Shown: positions 10,608-24,366 of the stretch, piece by piece
Layout of the letters: each line of letters starts with the position of its first letter
Numbering within the stretch: the first letter of the stretch is position 1
DNA from: the human T2T-CHM13v2.0 reference genome, Homo sapiens
Direction: 5' to 3' (one strand)
NCBI RefSeq assembly: GCF_009914755.1
Contig: NC_060948.1
Length of the DNA stretch: 64,000 nt
Notes under the pieces: generated by a model
Seen by the model: the letters and a program-made list of their open reading frames with translations, nothing else
What the model was told of the DNA's origin: nothing
Database searches by the model: none
Program-made: the position numbers and the translations under genes

Positions 10608-13600
10608 ACTAAATCGAATGGAATGGAATTGATAGGAACGGAATGGAACGGATTGCAATGATTTGGCATGGAATGGAATCGAATGGCATCGAATGGAATG
10701 GAATGGAATGCAATGGAATGGAATGTATTAGAATGTAATGAACTTTAATGGAATGTACTCGAATGGATTCGACTGGAATGGAATGTTCTGGAAGTGAATG
10801 GACTCCAATGGAATGGATTCAAAAGGAATGGAATCGTACGGAATGGAATCTAATGGAATGGAATTAAATGGAAATGAATCAAATTGAATAGCACGGAATT
10901 GAATTGAATGGAATCGAATGCAATGGAATCTAATGAAACGGAAAGGAAAGGAATGGAATGGAATGGAATGGACTGGAATGGAAAGGAATCGAAACGAATG
11001 GAATGGAATCGAACTGAAGAGACTGGAATGGAATGCACTGGAATGGAAGGGAGTGTAATGGAAGGTTCTCGAAAAAAATGGAAGCAAATGGAATGGAATT
11101 GAATGGAACGGAATAGAGTCGAATGGAATTGAATGGAATGGAATGGACTAGAGTGAAATGGAATCGAACCACAAGGAATGGACAGGAATAGAATGGTCTC
11201 GAATTGAATGGAATCGTATGGAATGGCATCAAACGGAATGGAATGGACAGCCACGGAATGGAATGCACTCGAATGCAATGGAGTCGAAACTAATGGACTG
11301 GAATAGAATGGACTCGACTGGTACGGACTCCAATGGAATGGAATCGAATGGAAGGGAATCGAACGGAATGGACTCGAAGGGAAAAGACTGCAATGGAAAG
11401 GTCTCGAATGGAATGGAAATTAATGGAATGGAATGGAATCGAATGAAATGGAGTCAAAAGGAATGGAATCGAATGGCAAGAAATCGAATGTAATGGAATC
11501 GCAAGGAATTGATGTGAACGGAACGGAATGGAATGGAATCCAAAGGAATGGAATAGAATGGAATGGAATCGAATGGAAAGGACTCGAATGGAAATCACTC
11601 GAATAGAATGCAATTTAATAAAATAGGATCAAATGTAACAGAATGGAAAGGAAAGGAATCGAAACGGAAGGAATGGAGACAGTTGGAATGGAATGGAACA
11701 GAGAGCAATGGTATAGAATGGAATGGAATCATCTGGAATGGAATTGAATGGAATGGAATGATATGAAATGGAATGGAATGGAATGGAATGGAATGCCCTT
11801 GAATTAAATGGACTGGACTCGAACAGAGTGGAATGGAAAGTGTTGAGATAGAATGGAATGGACTCCTTTGGAATGGTGTAGTATGCAATGCAATCGACTG
11901 GCAGGGAATCAAAAGGAATGTAATCGAATGGATTGGACTGGAATGCAATGGACTCGAATAGATTGGAAACGGAATGCAAAGGAATGGAATGGAATAGTAT
12001 GGAATGCAATGGAAGGGAATGGAGTGGAATAGACTAGAGTGGAATGGAATGGACTGGAAAGCAATGGACTGGAATGGAACTTTCTTGGATGGACTGGAAT
12101 CAAACGGAATGGAATGCAATGCAATCAAATGGCATGGAATAAAATAGAATGAAAGAGAATCAAATGGAATTGAATCGAATGGAATCGAATGGATTGGAAA
12201 GGAATAGAATGGAATGGAATGGAATTGACTCAAATGGAATGGACTAGAATGGAATGGATTCGAATGGAAGGCAAAGGAATGGAATCTATTGGAATGGACT
12301 GTAATGGAATGGAATGGAAGGGATTGGAATGGACTCGAATGGAATGGACTGCAATAGAAAGGATTCGAATGGAATGAAAAAGAATTGAATGGAATAGAAC
12401 AGAATGGAATCAAATCGAATGAAATGGAATGGAATAGAAAGGAATGGAATGAAATGGAATGGAAAGGATTCGAATGGAATGCAATCGAATGGAATGGAAT
12501 CGAACGGAATGGAATAAAATGGAAGAACACTGGCAAGAAATGGAATCGAAAGGAATGGAGTGTTATGGAACGGACTCAAAAGGAATTGAATGTAATAGAA
12601 TGGAGTGGAGTGGACTCGAATATAATGGACTGGAATGGAATGAAATCACATAGAATGGGAACGAATGGAATGGAATGGAAAGGAATGGAATCGAATGGAA
12701 AGGAATCGAATGGAAGGGAATGAAATTGAATCAACAGGAATGGAAGGGAATAGAATAGACTGTAATGGAATGGACTCGAATAGAATGGACACGAATGCTC
12801 AAATTAAATGGACTCGAATGGAATGGAAACGAAAGGAATGTCATCGAATGGAATTGAATCGATTGGAATGAAATCGCATAGAATGGAGTGGAATCAAATG
12901 GAATTGAATCGAAAGGAAAGGAAGCGAATGGACTGAAATGAAATGGAATGGAATTGAATGGAAATTAATGCGATGGAATAGAATGGAACGAAATTTCACG
13001 GAATGGAATCAAACTGAATGGAATCAAATCAATGGAATCAAATCAAATGGAATGGAAAGGAATTGAATGGAGTAGATGGGATTGGATGTGATTGGAATGA
13101 AATGTACTGGAAAGGACTCGAATTTCATGAAACGGAATGGAATGAATTGGAACGGAATGGACTCGAATGGAATGGAATGTCATGGAATGGCATCAAATGG
13201 AATGGAATCGAAAGCAATGGAATGCTATGGAATGGAATGGAATGCATTGGAATGGAATGTCCTCTAATGGAATGGATTCGAGTGGAATGGAATTGAATAT
13301 AATGGAGTCGAATGAAATGGAATTGAAAGGAATGGGATCGAATACAATGGAATATACTGGAATGTAACGTAATGAACTCGAATGTAATTGACTGGAATGG
13401 AATGTACATGAATGGAATGTAATCGAATGGAAAGTAATCCAATGGAATAGAATCTAATGCAATAAAATCGACTCAGATAGAGTAGAATGTAAAGGAATGG
13501 AGTGCAGTGCAATGGAATGGAATGGAATGGAATGCAATGGAATGGAATGGAATGGAATGGAATGTGATGGAATGGTATGGAATGGATAGTAGTGGACTGG

Positions 13601-14130
13601 AGTGAAATGGGCTGGAAAGGAATGGACTCAAATTGAAAGGGCTCGAAAGGAATGGAGACAAATGGAATGGTCTGGAATGGAATGAACACGAATGTAATGC
13701 AATCCAATAGAATGGAGTCGAATGGCATGGAATATAAAGAAATGGAATCGAAGAGAATGGAAACAAATGGAATGGAATTGAATGGAATGGAATTGAATGG
13801 AATGGGAACGAATGGAGTGAAATTGTATGCAGTAGAAGAGAATAGAATGGAATGCAAGGAAAGGAAAGGAATGGATTGGAATGGAATGGAATTCATTGGA
13901 ATGGAAGGGAATGTAGTGTAATGGACAGGCCTGGAATAAAGTGGAATGCTACGGTCTCGAATGGAATAAAAATGTATGGAATGGAATGCAATGAAACGGA
14001 ATCGAATGTCATAGAATGTAACGGAATGCAAAAAAATGGAATCCAAAATCATTGACTGGAAAGGCTGGGTGTCGAAAGGAATTGACTCCAATGGAATGGA
14101 ATCGAATGGAATGGAAGTGAATAGAATCGA
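10608..14130 (+). repeat. DYZ1 unit 4 (3523 bp; 5' subtype B, 3' like units 5/6)
   Basis: Landmark at 10608. B markers up to ~13090. 15-bp deletion at ~13190 and 1-bp deletion at ~13857. Confidence 0.9.
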
Positions 14131-17100
14131 ACTAAATCGAATGGAATGGAATTGATAGGAACGGAATGGAAAGGAATGCAATGATTTGGCATGGAATGGA
14201 ATCGAATGGCATCGAATGGAATGGAATGGAATGCAATGGAATGGAATGTATTAGAATATAATGAACTTTAATGGAATGTACTCGAATGGATTCGACTGGA
14301 ATGGAATGTTCTGGAAGTGAATGGACTCCAATGGAATGGATTCAAAAGGAATGGAATCGTACGGAATGGAATCTAATGGAATGGAATTAAATGGAAATGA
14401 ATCAAATTGAATAGCACGGAATTGAATTGAATGGAATGGAATGCAATGGAATCTAATGAAACGGAAAGGAAAGGAATGGAATGGAATGGAATGGGCTGGA
14501 ATGGAAAGGAATCGAAACGAATGGAATGGAATCGAACTGAAGAGACTGGAATGGAATGCACTGGAATGGAAGGGAGTGTAATGGAAGGTTCTCGAAAAAA
14601 ATGGAATCGAATGGAATGGAATTGAATGGAACGGAATAGAGTCGAATGGAATTGAATGGAATGGAATGGACTAGAGTGAAATGGAATCGAACCACAAGGA
14701 ATGGACAGGAAAAGAATGGTCTCGAATTGAATGGAATCGTATGGAATGGCATCAAACGGAATGGAATGGACAGCCACGGAATGGAATGCACTCGAATGCA
14801 ATGGAGTCGAAACTAATGGACTGGAATAGAATGGACTCGACTGGTACGGACTCCAATGGAATGGAATCGAATGGAAGGGAATCGAACGGAATGGACTCGA
14901 AGGGAAAAGACTGCAATGGAAAGGTCTCGAATGGAATGGAAATTAATGGAATGGAATGGAATCGAATGAAATGGAGTCAAAAGGAATGGAATCGAATGGC
15001 AAGAAATCGAATGTAATGGAATCGCAAGGAATTGATGTGAACGGAACGGAATGGAATGGAATCCAAAGGAATGGAATAGAATGGAATGGAATCGAATGGA
15101 AAGGACTCGAATGGAAATCACTCGAATAGAATGCAATTTAATAAAATAGGATCAAATGTAATGGAATGGAATGGAAAGGAATCGAAACGAAAGGAATGGA
15201 GACAGATGGAATGGAATGGAACAGAGAGCAATGGTATAGAATGGAATGGAATCATCTGGAATGGAATTGAATGGAATGGAATAATATGAAATGGAATGGA
15301 ATGGAATGGAATGGAATGCCCTTGAATTAAATGGACTGGACTCGAGCAGAGTGGAATGGAAAGTGTTGAGATAGAATGGAATGGACTCCTTTGGAATGGT
15401 GTAGTATGCAATGCAATCGACTGGCAGGGAATCAAAAGGAATGTAATCGAATGGATTGGACTGGAATGCAATGGACTCGAATAGATTGGAAACGGAATGC
15501 AAAGGAATGGAATGGAATAGTATGGAATGGAATGGAAAGGAATGGAGTGGAATAGACTAGAGTGGAATGGAATGGACTGGAAAGCAATGGACTGGAATGG
15601 AACATTCTTGAATGGACTGGAATCAAACGGAATGGAATGCAATGCAATCAAATGGCATGGAATAAAATAGAATGAAAGAGAATCAAATGGAATTGAATCG
15701 AATGGAATCGAATGGATTGGAAAGGAATAGAATGGAATGGAATGGAATTGACTCAAATGGAATGGACTAGAATGGAATGGATTCGAATGGAAGGCAAAGG
15801 AATGGAATCTATTGGAATGGACTGTAATGGAATGGAATGGAAACGATTGGAATGGACTCGAATGGAATGGACTGCAATAGAAAGGATTCGAATGGAATGA
15901 AAAAGAATTGAATGGAATAGAACAGAATGGAATCAAATCGAATGAAATGGAATGGAATAGAAAGGAATGGAATGAAATGGAATGGAAAGGATGCGAATGG
16001 AATGTAATCGAATGGAATGGAATCGAACGGAATGGAATAAAATGGAAGAAAACTGGCAAGAAATGGAATCGAAATGAATGGAGTGTTATGGAACGGACTC
16101 AAAAGGAATTGAATGTAATAGAATGGAGTGGAGTGGACTCGAATATAATGGACTGGAATGGAATGAAATCACATGGAATGGGAACGAATGGAATGGAATG
16201 GAAAGGAATGGAATCGAATGGAAAGGAATCGAATGGAAGGGAATGAAACTGAATCAACAGGAATGGAAGGGAATAGAATAGACGGTAATGGAATGGACTC
16301 GAATAGAATGGACACGAATGCTCAAATTGAATGGACTCGAATGGAATGGAAAGGAAAGGAATGTCATCGAATGGAATTGAATCGATTGGAATGAAATCGC
16401 ATAGAATGGAGTGGAATCAAATGGAATTGAATCGAAAGGAAAGGAAGCGAATGGACTGAAATGAAATGGAATGGAATTGAATGGAAAGTAATGCAATGGA
16501 ATAGACTGGAACGAAATTTCACGGAATGGAATCAAACTGAATGGAATCAAATCAATGGAATCAAATCAAATGGAATGGAAAGGAATTGAATGGAGTAGAT
16601 GGGATTGGATGGGATTGGAATGAAATGTACTGGAAAGGACTCGAATTTCATGAAACGGAATGGAATGAATTGGAACGGAATGGACTCGAATGGAATGGAA
16701 TGTCATGGAATGGCATCAAATGGAATGGCATCAAATGGAATGGAATCGAATGCAATGGAATGCTATGGAATGGAATGGAATGCATTGGAATGGAATGTCC
16801 TCTAATGGAATGGATTCGAGTGGAATGGAATCGAATATAATGGAGTCGAATGAAATGGAATTGAAAGGAATGGGATCGAATACAATGGAATATACTGGAA
16901 TGTAACGTAATGAACTCGAATGTAATTGACTGGAATGGAATGTACATGAATGGAATGTAATCGAATGGAAAGTAATCCAATGGAATAGAATCTAATGCAA
17001 TAAAATCGACTCAGATAGAGTAGAATGTAATGGAATGGAGTGCAGTGCAATGGAATGGAATGGAATGGAATGCAATGGAATGGAATGGGATGGAATGGTA

Positions 17101-17654
17101 TGGAATGGATAGTAATGGACTGGAGTGAAATGGACTGGAAAGGAATGGACTCAAATTGAAAGGGCTCGAAAGGAATGGAGACAAATGGAATGGTCTGGAA
17201 TGGAATGAACACGAATGTAATGCAACCCAATAGAATGGAATCGAATGGCATGGAATATAAAGAAATGGAATCGAAGAGAATGGAAACAAATGGAATGGAA
17301 TTGAATGGAATGGAATTGAATGGAATGGGAACGAATGGAGTGAAATTGTATGCAGTAGAAGAGAATAGAATGGAATGCAAGCGAAAGGAAAGGAATGGAT
17401 TGGAATGGAATGGAATTCATTGGAATGGAAGGGAATGTAGTGTAATGGACAGGCCTGGAATAAAGTGGAATGCTACGGTCTCGAATGGAATAAAAATGTA
17501 TGGAATGGAATGCAATGAAACGGAATCGAATGTCATAGAATGTAATGGAATGCAAAAAAATGGAATCCAAAATCATTGACTGGAAAGGCTGGGTGTCGAA
17601 AGGAATTGACTCCAATGGAATGGAATCGAATGGAATGGAAGTGAATAGAATCGA
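14131..17654 (+). repeat. DYZ1 unit 5 (3524 bp)
   Basis: Landmark at 14131. Has the shortest pure TGGAA tract (~17050-17090). Confidence 0.9.
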
Positions 17655-20600
17655 ACTAAATCGAATGGAATGGAATTGATAGGAACGGAATGGAAAGGAA
17701 TGCAATCATTTGGCATGGAATGGAATCGAATGGCATCGAATGGAATGGAATGGAATGCAATGGAATGGAATGTATTAGAATGTAATGAACTTTAATGGAA
17801 TGTACTCGAATGGATTCGACTGGAATGGAATGTTCTGGAAGTAAATGGACTCCAATGGAATGGATTCAAAAGGAATGGAATAGTACGGAATGGAATCTAA
17901 TGGAATGGAATTAAATGGAAATGAATCAAATTGAATAGCACGGAATTGAATTGAATGGAATGGAATGCAATGGAATCTAATGAAACGGAAAGGAAAGAAT
18001 GGAATGGAATGGAATGGGCTGGAATGGAAAGGAATCGAAACGAATGGAATGGAATCGAACTGAAGAGACTGGAATGGAATGCACTAGAATGGAAGGGAGT
18101 GTAATGGAAGGTTTTCGAAAAAAATGGAATCGAATGGAATGCAATTGAATGGAACGGAATAGAGTCGAATGCAATTGAATGGAATGGAATGGACTAGAGT
18201 GAAATGGAAACGAACCACAAGGAATGGACAGGAATAGAATGGTCTCGAATTGAATGGAATCGTATGGAATGGCATCAAACGGAATGGAATGGACAGCCAC
18301 GGAATGGAATGCACTCGAATGCAATGGAGTCGAAACTAATGGACTGGAATAGAATGGACTCGACTGGTACGGACTCCAATGGAATGGAATCGAGTGGAAG
18401 GGAATCGAACGGAATGGACTCGAAGGGAAAAGACTGCAATGGAAAGGTCTCGAATGGAATGGAAATTAATGGAATGGAATGGAATCGAATGAAATGGAGG
18501 CAAAAGGAATGGAATCGAATGGCAAGAAATCGAATGTAATGGAATCGCAAGGAATTGATGTGAACGGAACGGAATGGAATGGAATCCAAAGGAATGGAAT
18601 AGAATGGAATGGAATCGAATGCAAAGGACTCGAATGGAAATCACTCGAATAGAATGCAATTTAATAAAATAGGATCAAATGTAATGGAATGGAATGGAAA
18701 GGAATCGAAACGAAAGGAATGGAGACAGATGGAATGGAATGGAACAGAGAGCAATGGTATAGAATGGAATGGAATCATCTAGAATGTAATTGAATGGAAT
18801 GGAATAATATGAAATGGAATGGAATGGAATGGAATGCCCTTGAATTAAATGGACTGGAATGGAATGGACTCGAACAGAGTGGAATGGAAAGTGTTGAAAT
18901 AGAATGGAATGGACTCCTCTGGAATGGTGTAGTATGCAATGCAATCGACTGGCAGGGAATCAAAAGGAATGTAATCGAATGGATTGGACTGGAATGCAAT
19001 GGACTCGAATAGATTGGAAACGGAATGCAAAGGAATGGAATGGAATAGTATGGAATGGAATGGAAAGGAATGGAGTGGAATAGACTAGAGTGGAATGGAA
19101 TGGACTCGAAAGCAATGGACTGGAATGGAACTTTCTTGAATGGACAGGAACCAAACGGAATGGAATGCAATGCAATCAAATGGCATGGAATAAGATAGAA
19201 TGAAAGAGAATCAAATGGAATTGAATCGAATGGAATCGAATGGATTGGAAAGGAATAGAATGGAATGGAATGGAATTGACTCAAATGGAATGGACTAGAA
19301 TGGAATGGATTCGAATGGAAGGCAAAGGAATGGAATCTATTGGAATGGACTGTAATGGAATGCAATGGAAGGGATTGGAATGGACTCGAATGGAATGGAC
19401 TGCAATAGAAAGGATTCGAATGGAATGAAAAAGAATTGAATGGAATAGAACAGAATGGAATCAAATCGAATGAAATGGAATGGAATAGAAAGGAATGGAA
19501 TGAAATGGAATGGAAAGGATTCGAATGGAATGGAATCGAAAGGAATGGAATAAAATGGAAGACAACTGGCAAGAAATGGAATCGAAATGAATGGAGTGTT
19601 ATGGAATGGACTCAAAAGGAATTGAATGTAATAGAATGGAGTGGAGTGGACTCGAATATAATGGATTGGAATGGAATGAAATCACATGGAAAGGGAACGA
19701 ATGGAATGGAATGGAAAGGAATGGAATTGAATGGAAAGGAATCGAACGGAAGGGAATGAAATTGAATCAACAGGAATGGAAGGGAATAGAATAGACGGTA
19801 ATGGAATGGACTCGAATAGAATGGACACGAATGCTCAAATTGAATGGACTCGAATGAAATGGATACGAAAGGAATGTCATCGAATGGAATTGAATCGATT
19901 GGAATGAAATCGCATAGAATGGAGTGGAATCAAATGGAATTGATTCGAAAGGAAAGGAAGCGAATGGACTGAAATGAAATGGAATGGAATTGAATGGAAA
20001 GTAATGCAATGGAATAGAATGGAACGAAATTTCACGGTATGGAATCAAACTGAATGGAATCAAATCAATGGAATCAAATCAAATGGAATGGAAAGGAATT
20101 GAATGGAGTAGATGGGATTGGATGGGATTGGAATGAAATGTACTGGAAAGGACTCGAATTTCATGAAACGGAATGGAATGAATTGGAACGGAATGGACAC
20201 GAATGGAATGGAATGTCATGGAATGGCATCAAATGGAATGGCATCAAATGGAATGGAATCGAATGCAATGGAATGCTATGGAATGGAATGGAATGCATTG
20301 GAATGGAATGTCCTCTAATGGAATGGATTCGAGTGGAATGGAATCGAATATAATGGAGTCGAATTAAATGGAATTGAAAGGAATGGGACCGAATACAATG
20401 GAATATACTGGAATGTAATGTAATGAACTCGAATGTAATTGACTGGAATGGAATGTACATGAATGGAATGTAATCGAATGGAAAGTAATCCAATGGAATA
20501 GAATCTAATGCAGTAAAATCGACTCAAATAGAGTAGAATGTAATGGAATGGAGTGCAGTGCAATGGAATGGAATGGAATGGAATGCAACGGAATGGAATG

Positions 20601-21182
20601 GAATGGAATGGAATGGGATGGAATGGGATGGAATGGATAGTAATGGACTGGAGTGAAATGGACTGGAAAGGAATGGACTCAAATGGAAAGGGCTCGAAAG
20701 GAATGGAGACAAATGGAATGGTCTGGAATGGAATGAACACGAATTTAATGCAATCCAATAGAATGGAGTCGAATGGCATGGAATATAAAGAAATGGAATC
20801 GAAGAGAATGGAAACAAATGGAATGGAATTGAATGGAATGGAATTGAATGGAATGGAAACGAATGGAGTGAAATTGTATGCAGTAGAAGAGAATAGAATG
20901 GAATGCAAGCGAAAGGAAAGGAATGGATTGGAATGGAATGGAATTCATTGGAATGGAAGGGAATGTAGTGTAATGGACAGGCCTGGAATAAAGTGGAATG
21001 CTACGGTCTCGAATGGAATAAAAATGTATGGAATGGAATGCAATGAAACGGAATCGAATGTCATAGAATGTAATGGAATGCAAAAAAATGGAATCCAAAA
21101 TCATTGACTGGAAAGGCTGGGTGTCGAAAGGAATTGACTCCAATGGAATGGAATCGAATGGAATGGAAGTGAATAGAATCGA
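17655..21182 (+). repeat. DYZ1 unit 6 (3528 bp, divergent)
   Basis: Landmark at 17655. Many private substitutions. Confidence 0.9.
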
Positions 21183-24100
21183 ACTAAATCGAATGGAATG
21201 GAATTGATAGGAACGGAATGGAAAGGAATGCAATGATTTGGCATGGAATGGAATCGAATGGCATCGAATGGAATGGAATGGAATGCAATGGAATGGAATG
21301 TATTAGAATGTAATGAACTTTAATGGAATGTACTCGAATGGATTCGACTGGAATGGAATGTTCTGGAAGTGAATGGACTCCAATGGAATGGATTCAAAAG
21401 GAATGGAATCGTACGGAATGGAATCTAATGGAATGGAATTAAATGGAAATGAATCAAATTGAATAGCACGGAATTGAATTGAATGGAATCGAATGCAATG
21501 GAATCTAATGAAACGGAAAGGAAAGGAATGCAATGGAATGGAATGGGATGGAATGGAAAGGAATCGAAACGAATGGAATGGAATCGAACTGAAGAGACTG
21601 GAATGGAATGCACTGGAATGGAAGGGAGTGTAATGGAAGGTTCTCGAAAAAAATGGAATCGAATGGAATGGAATTGAATGGAACGGAATAGAGTCGAATG
21701 GAATTGAATGGAATGGAATGGACTAGAGTGAAATGGAATCGAACCACAAGGAATGGACAGGAATAGAATGGTCTCGAATTGAATGGAATCGTATGGAATG
21801 GCATCAAACGGAATGGAATGGACAGCCACGGAATGGAATGCACTCGAATGCAATGGAGTCGAAACTAATGGACTGGAATAGAATGGACTCGACTGGTACG
21901 GACTCCAATGGAATGGAATCGAGTGGAAGGGAATCGAACGGAATGGACTCGAAGGGAAAAGACTGCAATGGAAAGGTCTCGAATGGAATGGAAATTAATG
22001 GAATGGAATGGAATCGAATGAAATGGAGTCAAAAGAAATGGAATCGAATGGCAAGAAATCGAATGTAATGGAATCGCAAGGAATTGATGTGAACGGAACG
22101 GAATGGAATGGAATCCAAAGGAATGGAATAGAATGGAATGGAATCGAATGGAAAGGACTCGAATGGAAATCACTCGAATAGAATGCAATTTAATAAAATA
22201 GGGTCAAATGTAATGGAATGGAATGGAAAGGAATCGAAACGAAAGGAATGGAGACAGATGGAATGGAATGGGTCAGAGAGCAATGGTATAGAATGGAATG
22301 GAATCATCTGGAATGGAATTGAATGGAATGGAATAATATGAAATGGAATGGAATGGAATGGAATGGAATGGAATGCCCTTGAATTAAATGGACTGGACTC
22401 GAACAGAGTGGAATGGAAAGTGTTGAGATAGAATGGAATGGACTCCTTTGGAATGGTCTAGTATGCAATGCAATCGACTGGCAGGGAATCAAAAGGAATG
22501 TAATGGAATGGATTGGACTGGAATGCAATGGACTCGAATAGATTGGAAACGGAATGCAAAGGAATGGAATGGAATAGTATGGAATGGAATGGAAAGGAAT
22601 GGAGTGGAATAGACTAGAGTGGAATGGAATGGACTGGAAAGCAATGGACTGGAATGGAACTTTCTTGAATGGACTGGAATCAAACGGAATGGAACGCAAT
22701 GCAATCAAATGGCATGGAATAAAATAGAATGAAAGAGAATCAAATGGAATTGAATCGAATGGAATCGAATGGATTGGAAAGGAATAGAATGGAATGGAAT
22801 GGAATTGACTCAAATGGAATGGACTAGAATGGAATGGATTCGAATGGAAGGCAAAGGAATGGAATCTATTGGAATGGACTGTAATGGAATGGAATGGAAG
22901 GGATTGGAATGGACTCGAATGGAATGGACTGCAATAGAAAGGATTCGAATGGAATGAAAAAGAATTGAATGGAATAGAACAGAATGGAATCAAATCGAAT
23001 GAAATGGAATGGAATAGAAAGGAATGGAATGAAATGGAATGGAAAGGATTCGAATGGAATGCAATCGAATGGAATGGAATCGAACGGAATGGAATAAAAT
23101 GGAAGAAAACTGGCAAGAAATGGAATCGAAATGAATGGAGTGTTATGGAACGGACTCAAAAGGAATTGAATGTAATAGAATGGAGTGGAGTGGACTCGAA
23201 TATAATGGACTGGAATGGAATGAAATCACATGGAATGGGAACGAATGGAATGGAATGGAAAGGAATGGAATCGAATGGAAAGGAATCGAATGGAAGGGAA
23301 TGAAATTGAATCAACAGGAATGGAAGGGAATAGAATAGACGGTAATGGAATGGACTCGAATAGAATGGACACGAATGCTCAAATTGAATGGACTCGAATG
23401 GAATGGAAACGAAAGGAATGTCATCGAATGGAATTGAATCGATTGGAATGAAATCGCATAGAATGGAGTGGAATCAAATGGAATTGAATCGAAAGGAAAG
23501 GAAGCGAATGGACTGAAATGAAATGGAATGGAATTGAATGGAAAGTAATGCAATGGAATAGAATGGAACGAAATTTCACGGAATGGAATCAAACTGAATG
23601 GAATCAAATCAATGGAATCAAATCAAATGGAATGGAAAGGAATTGAATGGAGTAGATTGGATTGGATGGGATTGGAATGAAATGTACTGGAAAGGACTCG
23701 AATTTCATGAAACGGAATGGAATGAATTGGAACGGAATGGACTCGAATGGAATGGAATGTCATGGAATGGCATCAAATGGAATGGCATCAAATGGAATGG
23801 AATCGAATGGTATGGAATGGATAGTAATGGCCTGGAATGAAATGGACTGGAAAAGAATGGACTCAAATTGAAAGGGCTCGAAAGTAATGGAGTCAAATGG
23901 AATGGTCTGGAATGGAATGAACACGAATGTAATGCAATCCAATAGAATGGAATCGAATGGCATGGAATATAAAGAAATGGAATCGAAGAGAATGGAAACA
24001 AATGGAATGGAATTGAATGGAATGGAATTGAATGGAATGGGAACGAATGGAGTGAAATTGTATGCAGTAGAAGAGAATAGAATGGAATGCAAGCGAAAGG

Positions 24101-24366
24101 AAAGGAATGGATTGCAATGGAATGGAATTCATTGGAATGGAAGGGAATGTAGTGTAATGGACAGGCCTGGAATAAAGTGGAATGTTACGGTCTCGAATGG
24201 AATAAAAATGTATGGAATGGAATGCAATGAAACGGAATCGAATGTCATAGAATGTAATGGAATGCAAAAAAATGGAATCCAAAATCATTGACTGGAAAGG
24301 CTGGGTGTCGAAAGGAATTGACTCCAATGGAATGGAATAGAATGGAATGGAAGTGAATAGAATCGA
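21183..24366 (+). repeat. DYZ1 unit 7 (3184 bp, internally deleted)
   Basis: Landmark at 21183. Lacks the TGTCCTCT...GACTCAGATAG...GTGCAGTGC block; junction at ~23805-23809. Confidence 0.92.
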
